DNA of 64,000 nucleotides. It comes from Chrysemys picta bellii (taxonomy: Eukaryota). Shown here piece after piece: positions 43,630-64,000 of this stretch (its first letter is position 1; each line of letters starts with the position of its first letter). The notes under the pieces are model-generated. The model ran no database searches. It was not told the origin of the DNA and worked only from the letters and a program-made list of their open reading frames with translations. Location: positions 26,164,001 through 26,228,000 of the forward strand of contig NC_088807.1 of assembly GCF_011386835.1 (NCBI RefSeq), in the 5' to 3' direction. The position numbers were made by a program, and so were the translations under genes.

Positions 43630-46240
43630 GCCGCCCCACTCCCTGCCCAGCCCCCCCATCACCCGCCGCCCCACTCCCTGCCCAGCCCCCCATCACCCGC
43701 CCCCCCTCCCTGCCCCATAGCCCCCTGCCCCGCCCCCCCATCACCCGCCGCCCCACTCCCTGCCCAGCCCCCCATCACCCGCCGCCCCACTCCCTGCCCA
43801 GCCCCCACATCACCCCGCCGCCCCACTCCCTGCCCAGCCCCCACATCACCCGCCGCCCCACTCCCTGCCCAGCCCCCACATCACCCGCCGCCCCACTCCC
43901 TGCCCAGCCCCCATCACCCGCCCCCCTCCCTGCCCCATAGCCCCCTGCCCCGCCCCCCATCACCCGCCGCCCCACTCCCTGCCCAGCCCCCCATCACCCG
44001 CCGCCCCACTCCCTGCCCAGCCCCCCCATCACCCGCCGCCCCACTCCCTGCCCAGCCCCCCCATCACCCCGCCGCCCCACTCCCTGCCCAGCCCCCCATC
44101 ACCCGCCGCCCCACTCCCTGCCCAGCCCCCCACCACCCGCCGCCCCCCCATCACCCGCCGCCCCACTCCCTGCCCCATAGCCCCCTGCCCAGCCCCCACA
44201 TCACCCGCCGCCCCACTCCCTGCCCCAGCCCCCACATCACCCGCCGCCCCACTCCCTGCCCCATAGCCCCCTGCCCCGCCCCCCCATCACCCGCCGCCCC
44301 ACTCCCTGCCCAGCCCCCCATCACCCGCCACCCCACTCCCTGCCCAGCCCCCCATCACCCGCCGCCCCACTCCCTGCCCAGCCCCCCACCACCCGCGCCC
44401 CACTCCCCGCCCCGCCCCCCATCACCCGCCGCCCCACTCCCCGCCCAGCCCCCCATCACCCGCCCCCCCTCCCTGCCCCATAGCCCCCTGCCCCGCCCCC
44501 CCATCACCCGCCGCCCCACTCCCTGCCCAGCCCCCCATCACCCGCCCCCCCTCCCTGCCCCATAGCCCCCTGCCCCGCCCCCCCATCACCCGCCGCCCCA
44601 CTCCCTGCCCAGCCCCCCATCACCCGCCGCCCCACTCCCTGCCCAGCCCCCCATCACCCGCCACCCCACTCCCTGCCCCGCCCCCCCCATCACCCCGCCG
44701 CCCCACTCCCCGCCCAGCCCCACATCACCCGCCACCCCACTCCCTGCCCAGCCCCCCACCACCCGCCGCCCCACTCCCCGCCCCGCCCCCCATCACCCGC
44801 CGCCCCACTCCCTGCCCAGCCCCCCATCACCCGCCGCCCCACTCCCTGCCCAGCCCCCCCATCACCCGCCGCCCCACTCCCTGCCCAGCCCCCCCATCAC
44901 CCGCCGCCCCACTCCCTGCCCCATAGCCCCCTGCCCAGCCCCCACATCACCCGCCGCCCCACTCCCTGCCCAGCCCCCACATCACCCGCCGCCCCACTCC
45001 CTGCCCCGCCCCCCATCACCCGCCGCCCCTCCCTGCCCCATAGCCCCCCGCCCAGCCCCCCATCACCCGCCCCCCCTCCCTGCCCCATAGCCCCCTGCCC
45101 CGCCCCCCCATCACCCGCCGCCCCACTCCCTGCCCCATAGCCCCCTGCCCCGCCCCCCCATCACCCGCCACCCCACTCCCCGCCCCGCCCCCCATCACCC
45201 GCCGCCCCACTCCCCGCCCAGCCCCCCCATCACCCGCCCCCCCTCCCTGCCCCATAGCCCCCTGCCCCGCCCCCCCATCACCCGCCGCCCCACTCCCTGC
45301 CCAGCCCCCCATCACCCGCCCCCCCTCCCTGCCCCATAGCCCCCTGCCCCGCCCCCCCCATCACCCGCCGCCCCACTCCCTGCCCAGCCCCCCATCACCC
45401 GCCGCCCCACTCCCTGCCCAGCCCCCCATCACCCGCCACCCCACTCCCTGCCCCGCCCCCCCATCACCCGCCGCCCCACTCCCCGCCCAGCCCCACATCA
45501 CCCGCCACCCCACTCCCTGCCCAGCCCCCCACCACCCCGCCGCCCCACTCCCCGCCCCGCCCCCCATCACCCGCCGCCCCACTCCCTGCCCAGCCCCCCA
45601 TCACCCGCCGCCCCACTCCCTGCCCAGCCCCCCCATCACCCGCCGCCCCACTCCCTGCCCAGCCCCCCCCATCACCCGCCGCCCCACTCCCTGCCCCATA
45701 GCCCCCTGCCCAGCCCCCACATCACCCGCCGCCCCACTCCCTGCCCAGCCCCCACATCACCCGCCGCCCCACTCCCTGCCCCGCCCCCCATCACCCGCCG
45801 CCCCTCCCTGCCCCATAGCCCCCCGCCCAGCCCCCCATCACCCGCCCCCCCTCCCTGCCCCATAGCCCCCCTGCCCCGCCCCCCCATCACCCGCCGCCCC
45901 ACTCCCTGCCCCATAGCCCCCCGCCCAGCCCCCCATCACCCGCCCCCCCTCCCTGCCCCATAGCCCCCTGCCCCGCCCCCCCATCACCCGCCGCCCCTCC
46001 CTGCCCCATAGCCCCCCGCCCAGCCCCCCATCACCCGCCCCCCCTCCCCTGCCCCATAGCCCCCTGCCCCGCCCCCCCATCACCCGCCACCCCACTCCCC
46101 GCCCAGCCCCCACATCACCCGCCGCCCCACTCCCCGCCCCAGCCCCCCATCACCCGCCCCCCCTCCCTGCCCCATAGCCCCCTGCCCCGCCCCCCATCAC
46201 CCGCCCCGCCCCCCATAGCCCCCCGCCCCACGGCCCCGCC
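43630..46240. repeat. 2.6-kb ~33-35-bp minisatellite (cccccatcacccgccgccccactccctgcccag)
   Basis: Fills the BCAP31 5' UTR intron. Confidence 0.92.
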
Positions 46241-46249
46241 CCGGGTCAC

Positions 46250-46590
46250 TCTCCGGCGGCCCCGCACCAGGACTCGGCTCCTCGGGCTGGTTCCGGTTGG
46301 TCCCCACGCGGCCCCGCCCCCACCGGAAATAGGGACCGAGCAGGAGGCCCCGCCCCTCCGGGCCGCTTCCCACCAATGAGCGCCCGGCTTCCGCACCGGA
46401 AGTTGCCGCGCCCCATCCCCGGAATTTCCGTCAGGAGACCCGCCCCCCCCCCCCCGCCCCCAGCTGGGCGGAAACACTTCCCTCGTGCCACCGGAAGCGC
46501 CCCCGCCGGAGACCGGAAGCGCGGCCATGACACCTAGCGAGGCGGAAGCGGCTCCCTGGACCGCACCGGAAGTGCTTAACGGGGCGGGGG
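46250..46590 (-). promoter_or_regulatory. BCAP31 CpG-island promoter and likely non-coding first exon
   Basis: ETS/GABP-type CCGGAAGT/G motifs (~46397, ~46493, ~46512, ~46566), CCAAT ~46372, GC boxes; donor-like A|gtgacc at 46249. Confidence 0.65.
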
Positions 46591-46772
46591 GGCAGACACA
46601 CACACAAACACTCACACAGAGACACACTCACACACAGACACAGAAACACACAGAGACTCAGACACAAACACTCACACACACAGAGACCCTCACACACACA
46701 CATAAACACACACACACACAGACACACTCACACAGACACACACATAAACACACACACAAATACTCACAGACT

Positions 46773-46915
46773 NNNNNNNNNNNNNNNNNNNNNNNNNNNN
46801 NNNNNNNNNNNNNNNNNNNNNNNNNNNNNNNNNNNNNNNNNNNNNNNNNNNNNNNNNNNNNNNNNNNNNNNNNNNNNNNNNNNNNNNNNNNNNNNNNNNN
46901 NNNNNNNNNNNNNNN
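46773..46915. other. Assembly gap (143 N) following a (CA)n tract
   Basis: N run. Confidence 1.
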
Positions 46916-47306
46916 GCTCCGCACTGGCCAGGTGGGCTGGATGTGCTGCTCCCTCTGGGGTGTCCCGGGGCCGTTCACAGGGGGGTTCCCAAAAGCAGGT
47001 GCTGGCGTCTGACCCCCGAGGCCGGGAGTGTGTCTGATCTCTAGCGAGCCCCTGGACAAAGTTTCTACATGAGGCTTTGTAGAAGTCTCGTGAAAACCGA
47101 GGTCCCACGTGGGTAGCCCCCCCGACAAGGTGATACGAAGAGGCGCAATGTAAACTCATATGAACATTATCAGAGATTGATCTACACTTGGACAGACACA
47201 TTCAGATTTATTCACAGGAAGGACCGAGCTGTTTGGGCTTTCTGTTCTGACAGTGTTGTTTGTCGCACATCAAGTGTTCGACGACGTTTTGAAATGAAGC
47301 ACGAGA

Positions 47307-47595
47307 CAGGGCCGCCCAGAGGGGGGCAAGTGGGGCAATTTGCCGAGAATCCCTTTCCTGGCTAGAGGCACCTTTTTAATTTTTACTCACCCGACGGCGC
47401 CCCGGGACTTCGGCAGCACTTTGGCAGCGGGTCCTTCAGTGCCAACAATGACCCAAAGCACGTGACGGACCCGCCGCCGAAGAGTCGGAGCACCGCCCGG
47501 CGAGTACAAGTGCCACAGCGGGTGGCACCTTTTTTTATGTCTGCTCCCCCGAAATTGCTTTGCCCCAGGCTCCCTGAATCCTCTGGGCGGCCCTG
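47307..47595. mobile_element. hAT-type MITE inserted in the transposase
   Basis: Perfect 15-bp TIRs CAGGGCCGCCCAGAG/CTCTGGGCGGCCCTG; 8-bp TSD GCACGAGA (47299-47306, 47596-47603). Confidence 0.93.
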
Positions 47596-48412
47596 GCACG
47601 AGAAAACCTTTCTTGACGAAGCAGACAAGACTGAATTGATCAAAAGGGCAGGAGGAGAATGAGAAGCAAAGCCGTGTTTTTAAATACTTAAGTGTAAGTA
47701 AAAATCAAGCCACAGAAGGAAGTTACAAGATTGTACAGTGCATTGCAAAAAACGGAAAGCCGTTTACAGGTGGGGAATATATCAAAGAAGTTTTTCTCAG
47801 CAGTTCGGAGGTTTTGTTCAATGATTTGCCAAATAAACATGCGATCGTATCTAGAATAAAAGTCCTGCCTGTCTCTGCCAGACCAGTTGAGAGATGTGTA
47901 AGTGAAATGGCAGAAAACATTAAGGAAAAGCAGAGGACCGCATTGAAAGACACCGCAGTGCTTAGCGTAGCAGTTGAGGAGAGCGTGGATATAAACAACG
48001 CTCCATGTTTGGCAGTTGTTGCAAGATATTGTGCTTCCGATGAAATCCAGAGGAACTTTATTGCCTAAAACCCCTGCATGGCACAACAAGGGGGGAAGAT
48101 ATAGCAGAAGTTTTTGTAAACTATTTTGAAGAATGAGGAGGTGACGTCAGAAAAATATTTAGTGTGACAACAGATGGTGCTCCTGCCATGGTCAGAGAAC
48201 AAGGGATTTGTAAAATTTCTTGAAGATCAAATTGGCCGCCTGACGGTCAAATTTCACTGTATCATCCATCAAGAAAACCCGTGTGCTAAAATTTCTAATT
48301 CAGAGCTTAATAATGTGATGAATACACTGGTGCGAATCGTGAATGTCCTTGTTGCTCGACCTACTTTGACTCACAGACCATTTCAAGCACTGCTAGAAGA
48401 GATGGACAGTGC

Positions 48413-48816
48413 TTAGAACATAAGAACACAAGATCAGCCAGACGGGTCAGACCAAAGGTCCATCTAGCCTAGTACCCTGTCCTCTGACAGTGGCCAATAC
48501 CAGGTGCCCCAAAGGGAATGAACAGACAGGTCATCAAGTGATCCATCCCGGTCACCCAATCCCAGCCTCTGGCAAACAGAGGCCAGGGACACCATCCCTG
48601 CCCAGCCTGGCTGATAGCCATTGATGAACCTATCCTCCATAAATCTATCTAGCTCCCTTTTGAACCCCGTTATAGTATTGGCCTTCACAACACCCCTCTG
48701 GCAAGGAGTCCCAGAGATTGACAGTGCGTTGTGTGAAAAAAATACTTTCTTGTGTTTGTTTTAAACTTGCTACCTGTTAATTTCATTTGGTGGCCCCTTG
48801 TTCTTGTGTTATGAGA
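48413..48816 (-). mobile_element. 5'-truncated CR1 LINE 3' end inserted in the transposase
   Basis: Tail tagaacataagaac; ORF2 end KANTITGFKRELDRFMED; the transposase reads EMDSA before it and DIPLHS...WLSRG after it. Confidence 0.88.
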
Positions 48817-49896
48817 CATTCCACTTCACAGCAACTTTCGGGGGCTAAGTCGTGGCATGGTTTTTGTGTGCATTGTAAACTGTTTTGATGCCATCAAGGC
48901 CGTTTTGTCGGAAAAAGGACCAAACTACCCCAAACTGGATGATGACAAATGGCTGTGTAAGCTCATGTTTCTAACTGATATCACCGCTCACCTAAACGAA
49001 CTCAACCTCCGTCTCCAGGGTGCAGGGCAAACGGTTCCGGATCTTTATGAAGCCTGGAAGGCATTTGTTATAAAACAAGCAGTGTTTTCTCGGGATATTC
49101 GAACTTTGACTTTCCGCTACTTCCAACACGTAAAAGAGCTATCGACACGTTGCACAGTCAGCGTCGATGAGATTGGAAAGTACATGCAAGAACGGGAACT
49201 GGAATTTTCTGACAGATTTCAAGATTTCCAGCAATGTGGCCCAATGTTTTCTTTTCTAATGAACCCTGAAAAGTTGAACGAAAGCGACTTGGATTGGTCT
49301 GTATTTCAGTGGAGGGGTGTTGAAGATTTCGAAATGCAGCTCGGTCAGTTAAAAAGCTCAGAATTGTGGGCGTCGAAGTTTGGAGCTCTGCGGAGCGCAC
49401 TTGAAGCTACCGAGAGAGATCATGGGGCCTCTATTCTGACCTGCTGGACGTCCCTGCCAGTGAAATGGAACTGTTTGAAGAAAATTGCCTTGGCAATGCT
49501 CTCCGCATTTGGATCCACATACCTGTGTGAACAGGTATCTTCACACCTGAAATCTGCCCTCTGTCCCTCTTGGAGCCAAGCCAGTTAACAACTGATCACT
49601 CAGAAGCCTGTGTGCAGCTTAAAGTATCCAAAGGCGGGCCAGATACTGGAAAACTCAGCAAGGGCAAGGATCACACTAAACTGATGAGATCTGCATTTTA
49701 ATTGAATTTGAAATGAAGCTTCTTAAACATTTTAAAAACCTTATTGACTTTCCATACAACAATAGTTTAGTTCTGTATTATAGACTGATAGAGACCTTCT
49801 AAAAACGTTCAAATGTATGACTGATACGCAAAACCTTCAATTACAGTGAAGAAATGAAGACTCGACACAGCACTTCTGAAAGGTTGCCGACCCCTG

Positions 49897-50387
49897 GGAT
49901 AGATAATAGGAGAGAAAATATCCTGTTGCCTCTATATAAACCCATGGTACGTCCACATCTTGAATACTGCGGGCAGATGTGGTCGCCCCATCTCAAAAAG
50001 ATCTATTGGCATTGGAAAAGATTCAGAAAAGGGCGACAAAACTGATTAGGGGGGTCTGGAACGGCTTCTGTACGGGGAAAGATTAACAAGACTGGGACTT
50101 TTCAGCTTGGAAAAGAGACGGCTAAGGGGAGATATGATAGAGGTCTATACAATCATGACTGGTGTAGAGAAAATAGATCAGGAAATGTTATTTACTCCTT
50201 CTCATAACACAAGAACTAGGGGCCACCAAATGAAATGAACAGGCAGCAGGTTTAAAACAAACGAAGTATTTCTTCACCAACGCACAGTCAACCTGTGGAA
50301 CTCCTCGCCAGAGGATGTTGTGAAGGCCGAGACCATAACAGGATTCAAAAAAGAACTAGATAAATTAATGGAGGATAGATCAGGATG
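49897..50387 (+). mobile_element. CR1 LINE ORF2 3' fragment
   Basis: ENILLPLYKPMVRPHLEYCGQMWSPHLKK ... KAETITGFKKELDKLMED. Confidence 0.9.
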
Positions 50388-51164
50388 GGCTGGCAGGGCC
50401 TGCGGGTCGGGAGTGAGGGGCGCCGGCAGGGCTGGGCTAGCAGGGGGCTGTGGGTCGGGAGTGAGGGGCAGCAGCAGGGCTGGGGGGGCAGGTCCAGGCT
50501 AGCAGGGGCTGCAGGTATGGAGTGAGGGGCACCGGCAGACCGGGGCGGGAAGGGAGCAGGGCTTTCTATCTCTCTCACCCAGTTCCTGCCCTTTGGCCGA
50601 GCTCAGGCTGCCGCGCCCTGGAGAAGCTGGGCTGTAAAACATCCCCCGGGGGCTGGGGAGGTAACTGCCCCCCCCGGGGACTCCACCCTTTGCCCCCGCC
50701 ATGGAGATCACATGCCCGCGATAGCAGCCCCGGACTGTGGACCTAGGACGGCAGGTTCCCGGCCCAGCTCCCTCTGCCGGCTGCTGCCCCTGCTCTGTGC
50801 CTCAGTTTCCCCCGTCTAGTTAGGTTGGGGCAGAGTCAGGACCAGCCGGAACAGAGTGCACCCCGAAGAGCCCGAGGGACCCCCGTGCCGGGCCAAGGCC
50901 TAGAGCGAGGAGCTGAGCGCAGGTCCCGAGCTGGGGGACGGAGGGGAGAGGTGTCGCGTGCTGGGCTGGCCAGACGTGGGGCGTGGGGGGCCCGGCCACG
51001 GGGGTGTCATGAGAATGAATATGAGGGGAAGGGATTCCAGGGCTGCCCGGGAAGCCCTCCCCCCCCCCCCTCCATGGGCCTGTTCAGGCTCCTGCACCCT
51101 GAGCGCGGGTGCCCCCGAGGGACCGATTCACATCTCAGCCTCTCTCCCCCCCCCCCCCCCCCCC

Positions 51165-51480
51165 GGGTCAATCCGGAGTCACCCCCCTTCGCTTCTCAGC
51201 CCCCCTGGGTCAATCCGGAGTCACCCCCCTTCGGATCTCAGCCCCCCGGGTTCAATCTGGAGTCACCCCCTTCGCTTCTCAGCCCCCCCGGGCTCAATCC
51301 GGAGTCACCCCCCTTCGCTTCTCAGCCCCCCCGGGTCAATCCGGAGTCACCCCCCTTTGTTTCTCAGCCCCCCCCCAGGTCAATCCGGAGTCACCCCCCT
51401 TTGCTTCTCAGCCCCCCCCGGCTCAATCCAGAGTCACCCCCTTCGTATCTCAGCCCCCCCCCCAGTTCAATGCAGAGTCA
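51165..51480. repeat. ~43-bp tandem array of the caatccggagtcacccc family
   Basis: About 7-8 copies upstream of ABCD1. Confidence 0.8.
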
Positions 51481-51930
51481 CCGCCGATTGCAATGGGGAC
51501 AGGGACAGGTTGTGAGCTCAGCTCCCCTGGGGCCAATCTGGTGTCAGTCCCCCTTCGGATCTCAGTTCCCGGGGGCTCAATCCGGAGTCACTCCTGATTG
51601 CAATGGGGGCCGGGCCAGGTTCGGATCTCAGTTCCTCCCCTTACCCCCCAGGATGCACATAGCCACACCCCCTAGAATTAACCCCGCCCCGAACCCAGGT
51701 CCCGCCCCTCGTGGCCCATCCGTGGAGCCCCAGCGCCACCTAGTGCCCGGTGCGGGGCTTCCCCGCAGCAGTGCCCGCCCCCCCCCCCCGCAGGGCATTG
51801 TGGGACAGGGGCGGAGCCGGACTTGACACTTCGCTCCCAGCTGAGCGCAGAGCAGGACGGTGCATGGGGGTGCGGGGCTCTTAAAGGGCCAGCGCCGTGA
51901 AGCGGGGGGGGGCAGTCCCGTGGCACCCCC

Positions 51931-60983
<9,053 letters not shown>

Positions 60984-62039
60984 AATGCTGGGGCAGCCCC
61001 CAGCCCGGCCAGCGCCTCCTGTCGCCCCAATACGGTGTGTGCGGGGGGCGTTAAGCCTCCCCTGGGAGTTGGGGTGACCCTGGCTGCCCCCCATCTCCCA
61101 GTGATTGAAGGATGGGGCCCCTCCCCCCCAGCTCCCCAGTTGCCCCCCATCACTGAGCATTTCAGGGGTCTTCTGCAGCACCCCACATTTTAGTGCACTT
61201 AATGCCTCTTCCCCCTGCGATAGGGGGCGGCCTGTACTGTGAAATGGGGGTTCTCACCCCCCCAGCACCTCAGTCCCTCACGGCGCCCCAGAGAATCCAC
61301 TGCCCCAGTGGGGCCACTGCCAAGAGCCCCCCAGGCCTCTCTCCGGCTTCACCCTGGACCCCTCGACAGTGCGGGGTGCACAAGGGCAGTGGGACATGCT
61401 CATGGCCCCCCAGCATTTTCAGGGGGGAGCTTGTTGATCCCAGAGCCCCAGGACCCCCCGGCCGCACAGCCTGGAGAATGTAGCCACCGGGGGGGGGGGG
61501 GGGTGAGGAGGAACCGGGCGTCACTTCGATTCCCCTGCGTGTGGCAGACACAGGTCCACTGTGACTTAATCTGGTTTGAGAACCAGTTTAAATCGCTGTG
61601 TGGATGCTCTGAATTCGCTCTAAGAAGGAGTTAAACCGGTTTAAAGCCCCGTGTGGATGTGCTGAATTCACTCAAACAACTGGTCTGGTCAAACTGGTTT
61701 AAATCCCCATCTGGACGCTCTTAATTCAGTTTAACCTTAATTCAGGTTCTTAAACGGAGGTAAAGTGAAATCAGTTGAAATCCGCAGCTGGGTGCACACT
61801 GTGAATTTGGTTTAAGAACCAGATCAGTCCCCCCCCCCCCCCCCCCCCCGTGCCTTATGAGCCGACAGAGCCAGTAAAAGAAACCAAGAGAGACCCCCAT
61901 GTCTGGCGTGACTCATTGGGCTGGGGGGCGCTATGGGGGCTGGCGGGGGGGCGCTATGGGGCGCTCTCCCCTGGCAGTTCGGGGCGGTGAGTGCTTGGGG
62001 GAGGGAACCCAGGCGTCCGGGGCTGTGAGTTTCCAGCCA

Positions 62040-62057
62040 TGGCCAGCAGGGGGCGCG
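62040..62057 (+). promoter_or_regulatory. CTCF consensus match TGGCCAGCAGGGGGCGCG
   Basis: Close match to the canonical CTCF core, downstream of ABCD1. Confidence 0.45.
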
Positions 62058-63224
62058 GGCGGCCCGGCGAGTCGGTCCCGGTGGGGCGGGGTGTGGGGCG
62101 GGCTGGCCGTGGTGCATTGTGGGGGGAGCCTGGTGCAGCCCCGAGTTCAGTTCTGCTCCGAGCCGGGACCGGCCGCGCCGCAGCCGGGTAGGGGGTGACC
62201 GGGGGGCGGGGCACGTGGGGAGCGACTGCCCCCCAAGCCATCTCCTTAACGCACCCCGGGTTGCCGCCCCACCCAGTCCTGCCTCAGTTTCCCCCCGTCC
62301 CTCTGGCGGCGGCTCGCTTCTTAGGGCGCGAATCCGCCCCCTTTCATCTGGGGCGGGGGGTGGCTGGGAATTCCTTAGGGAGACCCCAAATCTCCCCCCT
62401 TCACTATCCAACGTCACCCCCAAAACTCTGCCTGCACCCCCACTCCCTCCCCCTAGAGCCAGTGAACCCCAATTCCCTCCACATGCGGCAGCGTGAGCTC
62501 CCCAGTATGGGGGGGTACAAATCAGACCCCCCGGGCAGCTTGGCTCCCTGCCGCACCCCCATCCTGGGGAGCCCCCCCTCCGCCCGCCCCCCTTGGGTGT
62601 CTCTCCCCACCTAGCCCGGCCCCGGCCCCGGCAGGGATCGGCCCCGAACCGGAGCCCCTGTGACCCCAGGCGCCCCCCCCCCGGTTAACTCGGGGCTGGA
62701 TTCCCGACGCCGGTGGCTCTAATCCGGTGGGGGGGGGGTCAGTGTCCCTGCCCCCCCCCCTCCCCGGGGGCCTTCGGCTTGTCCGGCTGTAAATCCCTTA
62801 GAGCTCCCCCGGCTTAGCCAACAAACAGAGCGATTATCCCCCCCCCCCCCCGGGCTGGGGGCTGCGGGTCGGGAGTGAGGGGCACCGGCGGGGGAGGGGG
62901 GAGTAGGACCCGCAGCCCCCCTCCCCCCAGCCCTGGCGGTGCCCCTCACTCCCGACCTGCAGCCCCTGTTCTGCCTTGTCCAGGGGCCTGCCAGGCTCCC
63001 CCATTTCGCCTCCCCCACGCCCAGGTTAATTCCTCTCTGCTCCCATCTCCGCTGCTCTCGCTGCACGAGGATTAAATGAACCGCCCCCCCCCCCCCGCCT
63101 CCAGCTGCTCTGGGCTCCCCCCCCTGGGCCACCCGGGCCAGGCTGGCACGACAGGGCGTGCGGGGAGCTGCCAACGGCCAGCGCAGCCCGTGCACACAGG
63201 TCGGGGGCCAGGGGCACCGGCAGG

Positions 63225-63965
63225 GCAGGGCCGGGCTAGCAGGGGTTGCGGGTCGGGAGTGAGGGGCACCGGCGGGGCTGGGGGGCAGGGCTGGGCTAGC
63301 AGGGGTTGCGGGTCGGGAGTGAGGGGCACCAGCAGAGCTGTGGGGGAGCAGGGCTGGGGGGGGCTGCGGGTCGGGAGTGAGGGGCACCGGCAGGGCTGCG
63401 GGTTGGGAGTGAGGGGCATCGGCGGGGCTGCGGGTCGGGAGTGAGGGGCATCGGCGGGGCTGCGGGTTGGGAGTGAGGGGCATCGGCAGAGCTGGGGGGG
63501 CAGGGCTGGGCTGGGCTGGCAGGGGGCTGCGGGTCGGGAGTGAGGGGCACCAGCAGAGCTGTGGGGGAGCAGGGCTGGGGGGGGCTGCGGGTCGGGAGTG
63601 AGGGGCACCGGCAGGGCCTGGGGGGGCAGGGCTGGGCTGGCAGGGGCTGTGGGTCGGGAGTGAGGGGTGTGATCATGGAGCCAGGGGGTCAGCCCGGAAC
63701 CTGCCACCCCTCCCCTCTGCTGGCTCCAGGCCCCTCACGCCCCCCCAGCCCGTCACGCTCTGAGTGGGGCTGACGTCTCCCTTTGTGGCCCCCGAGTGTT
63801 TCTGGGCCCCCGTCCCATTCCCCGAGCAGCGCTGAAAGCCCCATTATCCCCGGCCCTGCCCCCGGCCTCAGAGTGAGGGGCACCGGCGGGGCTGCGGGTC
63901 GGGAGTGAGGGGCACCGGCAGGGCTGGGCTAGCAGGGGGCTGCGGGTCGGGAGTGAGGGGCGCTG
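63225..63965 (+). repeat. gggctgcgggtcgggagtgaggggc family arrays
   Basis: 63225-63670 and 63870-63965. Confidence 0.8.
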
Positions 63966-64000
63966 GGGGGGCAGGGGGCTGCCTTTTGGTACCCCTGGGG

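Larger units (their letters stand above)
47120..49896 (+). mobile_element. Fossil hAT (Charlie/SPIN/GTF2IRD2-type) DNA transposon with disrupted transposase
   Basis: Fragments spelling a BED-like segment (DRAVWAFCSDSVVCRTSSVRRRFEMKHE), EESVD, TDGAPAM, HCIIHQE, WLSRG, FGSTYLCEQ; frameshifts and stops; right TIR AAGGTTGCCGACCCCTG at 49880-49896; left TIR not found. Confidence 0.88.

Noticed and set aside
43354-44565. 403-aa Pro-rich ORF
   Set aside because: Translation of the BCAP31 intron minisatellite
48857-49588. 243-aa transposase-like ORF as a domesticated gene
   Set aside because: It is only the C-terminal piece; upstream parts have stops, frameshifts and two TE insertions
61550-61830. 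AT-rich block with repeated aaaccggtttaaa and gtgtggatg motifs after ABCD1
   Set aside because: Probably an eroded DNA-transposon remnant; no TIR or TSD could be defined and no clear poly(A) signal

Overview
Very GC-rich vertebrate genomic DNA. It is most likely from a turtle microchromosome; this is inferred from recalled turtle-type CR1, hAT and CORE-SINE sequences, not from a database search. Six protein-coding genes can be assembled exon by exon with canonical GT-AG sites and consistent phases. On the minus strand: a class 3 semaphorin (SEMA3F/3C-like, 12 exons, running off the window start), TSPYL2 (7 coding exons), GPR173 (1 coding exon), PPP1R3F (4 exons, start in an N-gap) and BCAP31 (7 coding exons). 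On the plus strand: ABCD1 (10 exons). The order joins genes that in human lie at Xp11 (TSPYL2, GPR173, PPP1R3F) and Xq28 (BCAP31, ABCD1), next to a SEMA3 paralog with no counterpart I know of on the human X. Mobile elements: an internally deleted Gmr1-like Ty3/Gypsy LTR element with an intact gag/SCAN ORF, a fossil hAT transposase carrying a nested MITE and CR1, a second CR1, and AmnSINE-like fragments. Most introns are filled with minisatellites, which explain nearly all long ORFs in the six-frame track. The most unusual signals are: (i) arrays made of the tRNA-like head of a CORE-SINE that are sense-oriented in every intron examined and often start just after 5' splice sites; (ii) minisatellites built from the splice sites themselves (about 20 donor copies after ABCD1 exon 9, five AG-less acceptor copies before ABCD1 exon 2); (iii) a candidate alternative first exon giving a PPP1R3F isoform without its PP1 and glycogen-binding domains. 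There are two assembly gaps. No tRNA, rRNA or CRISPR features were seen.
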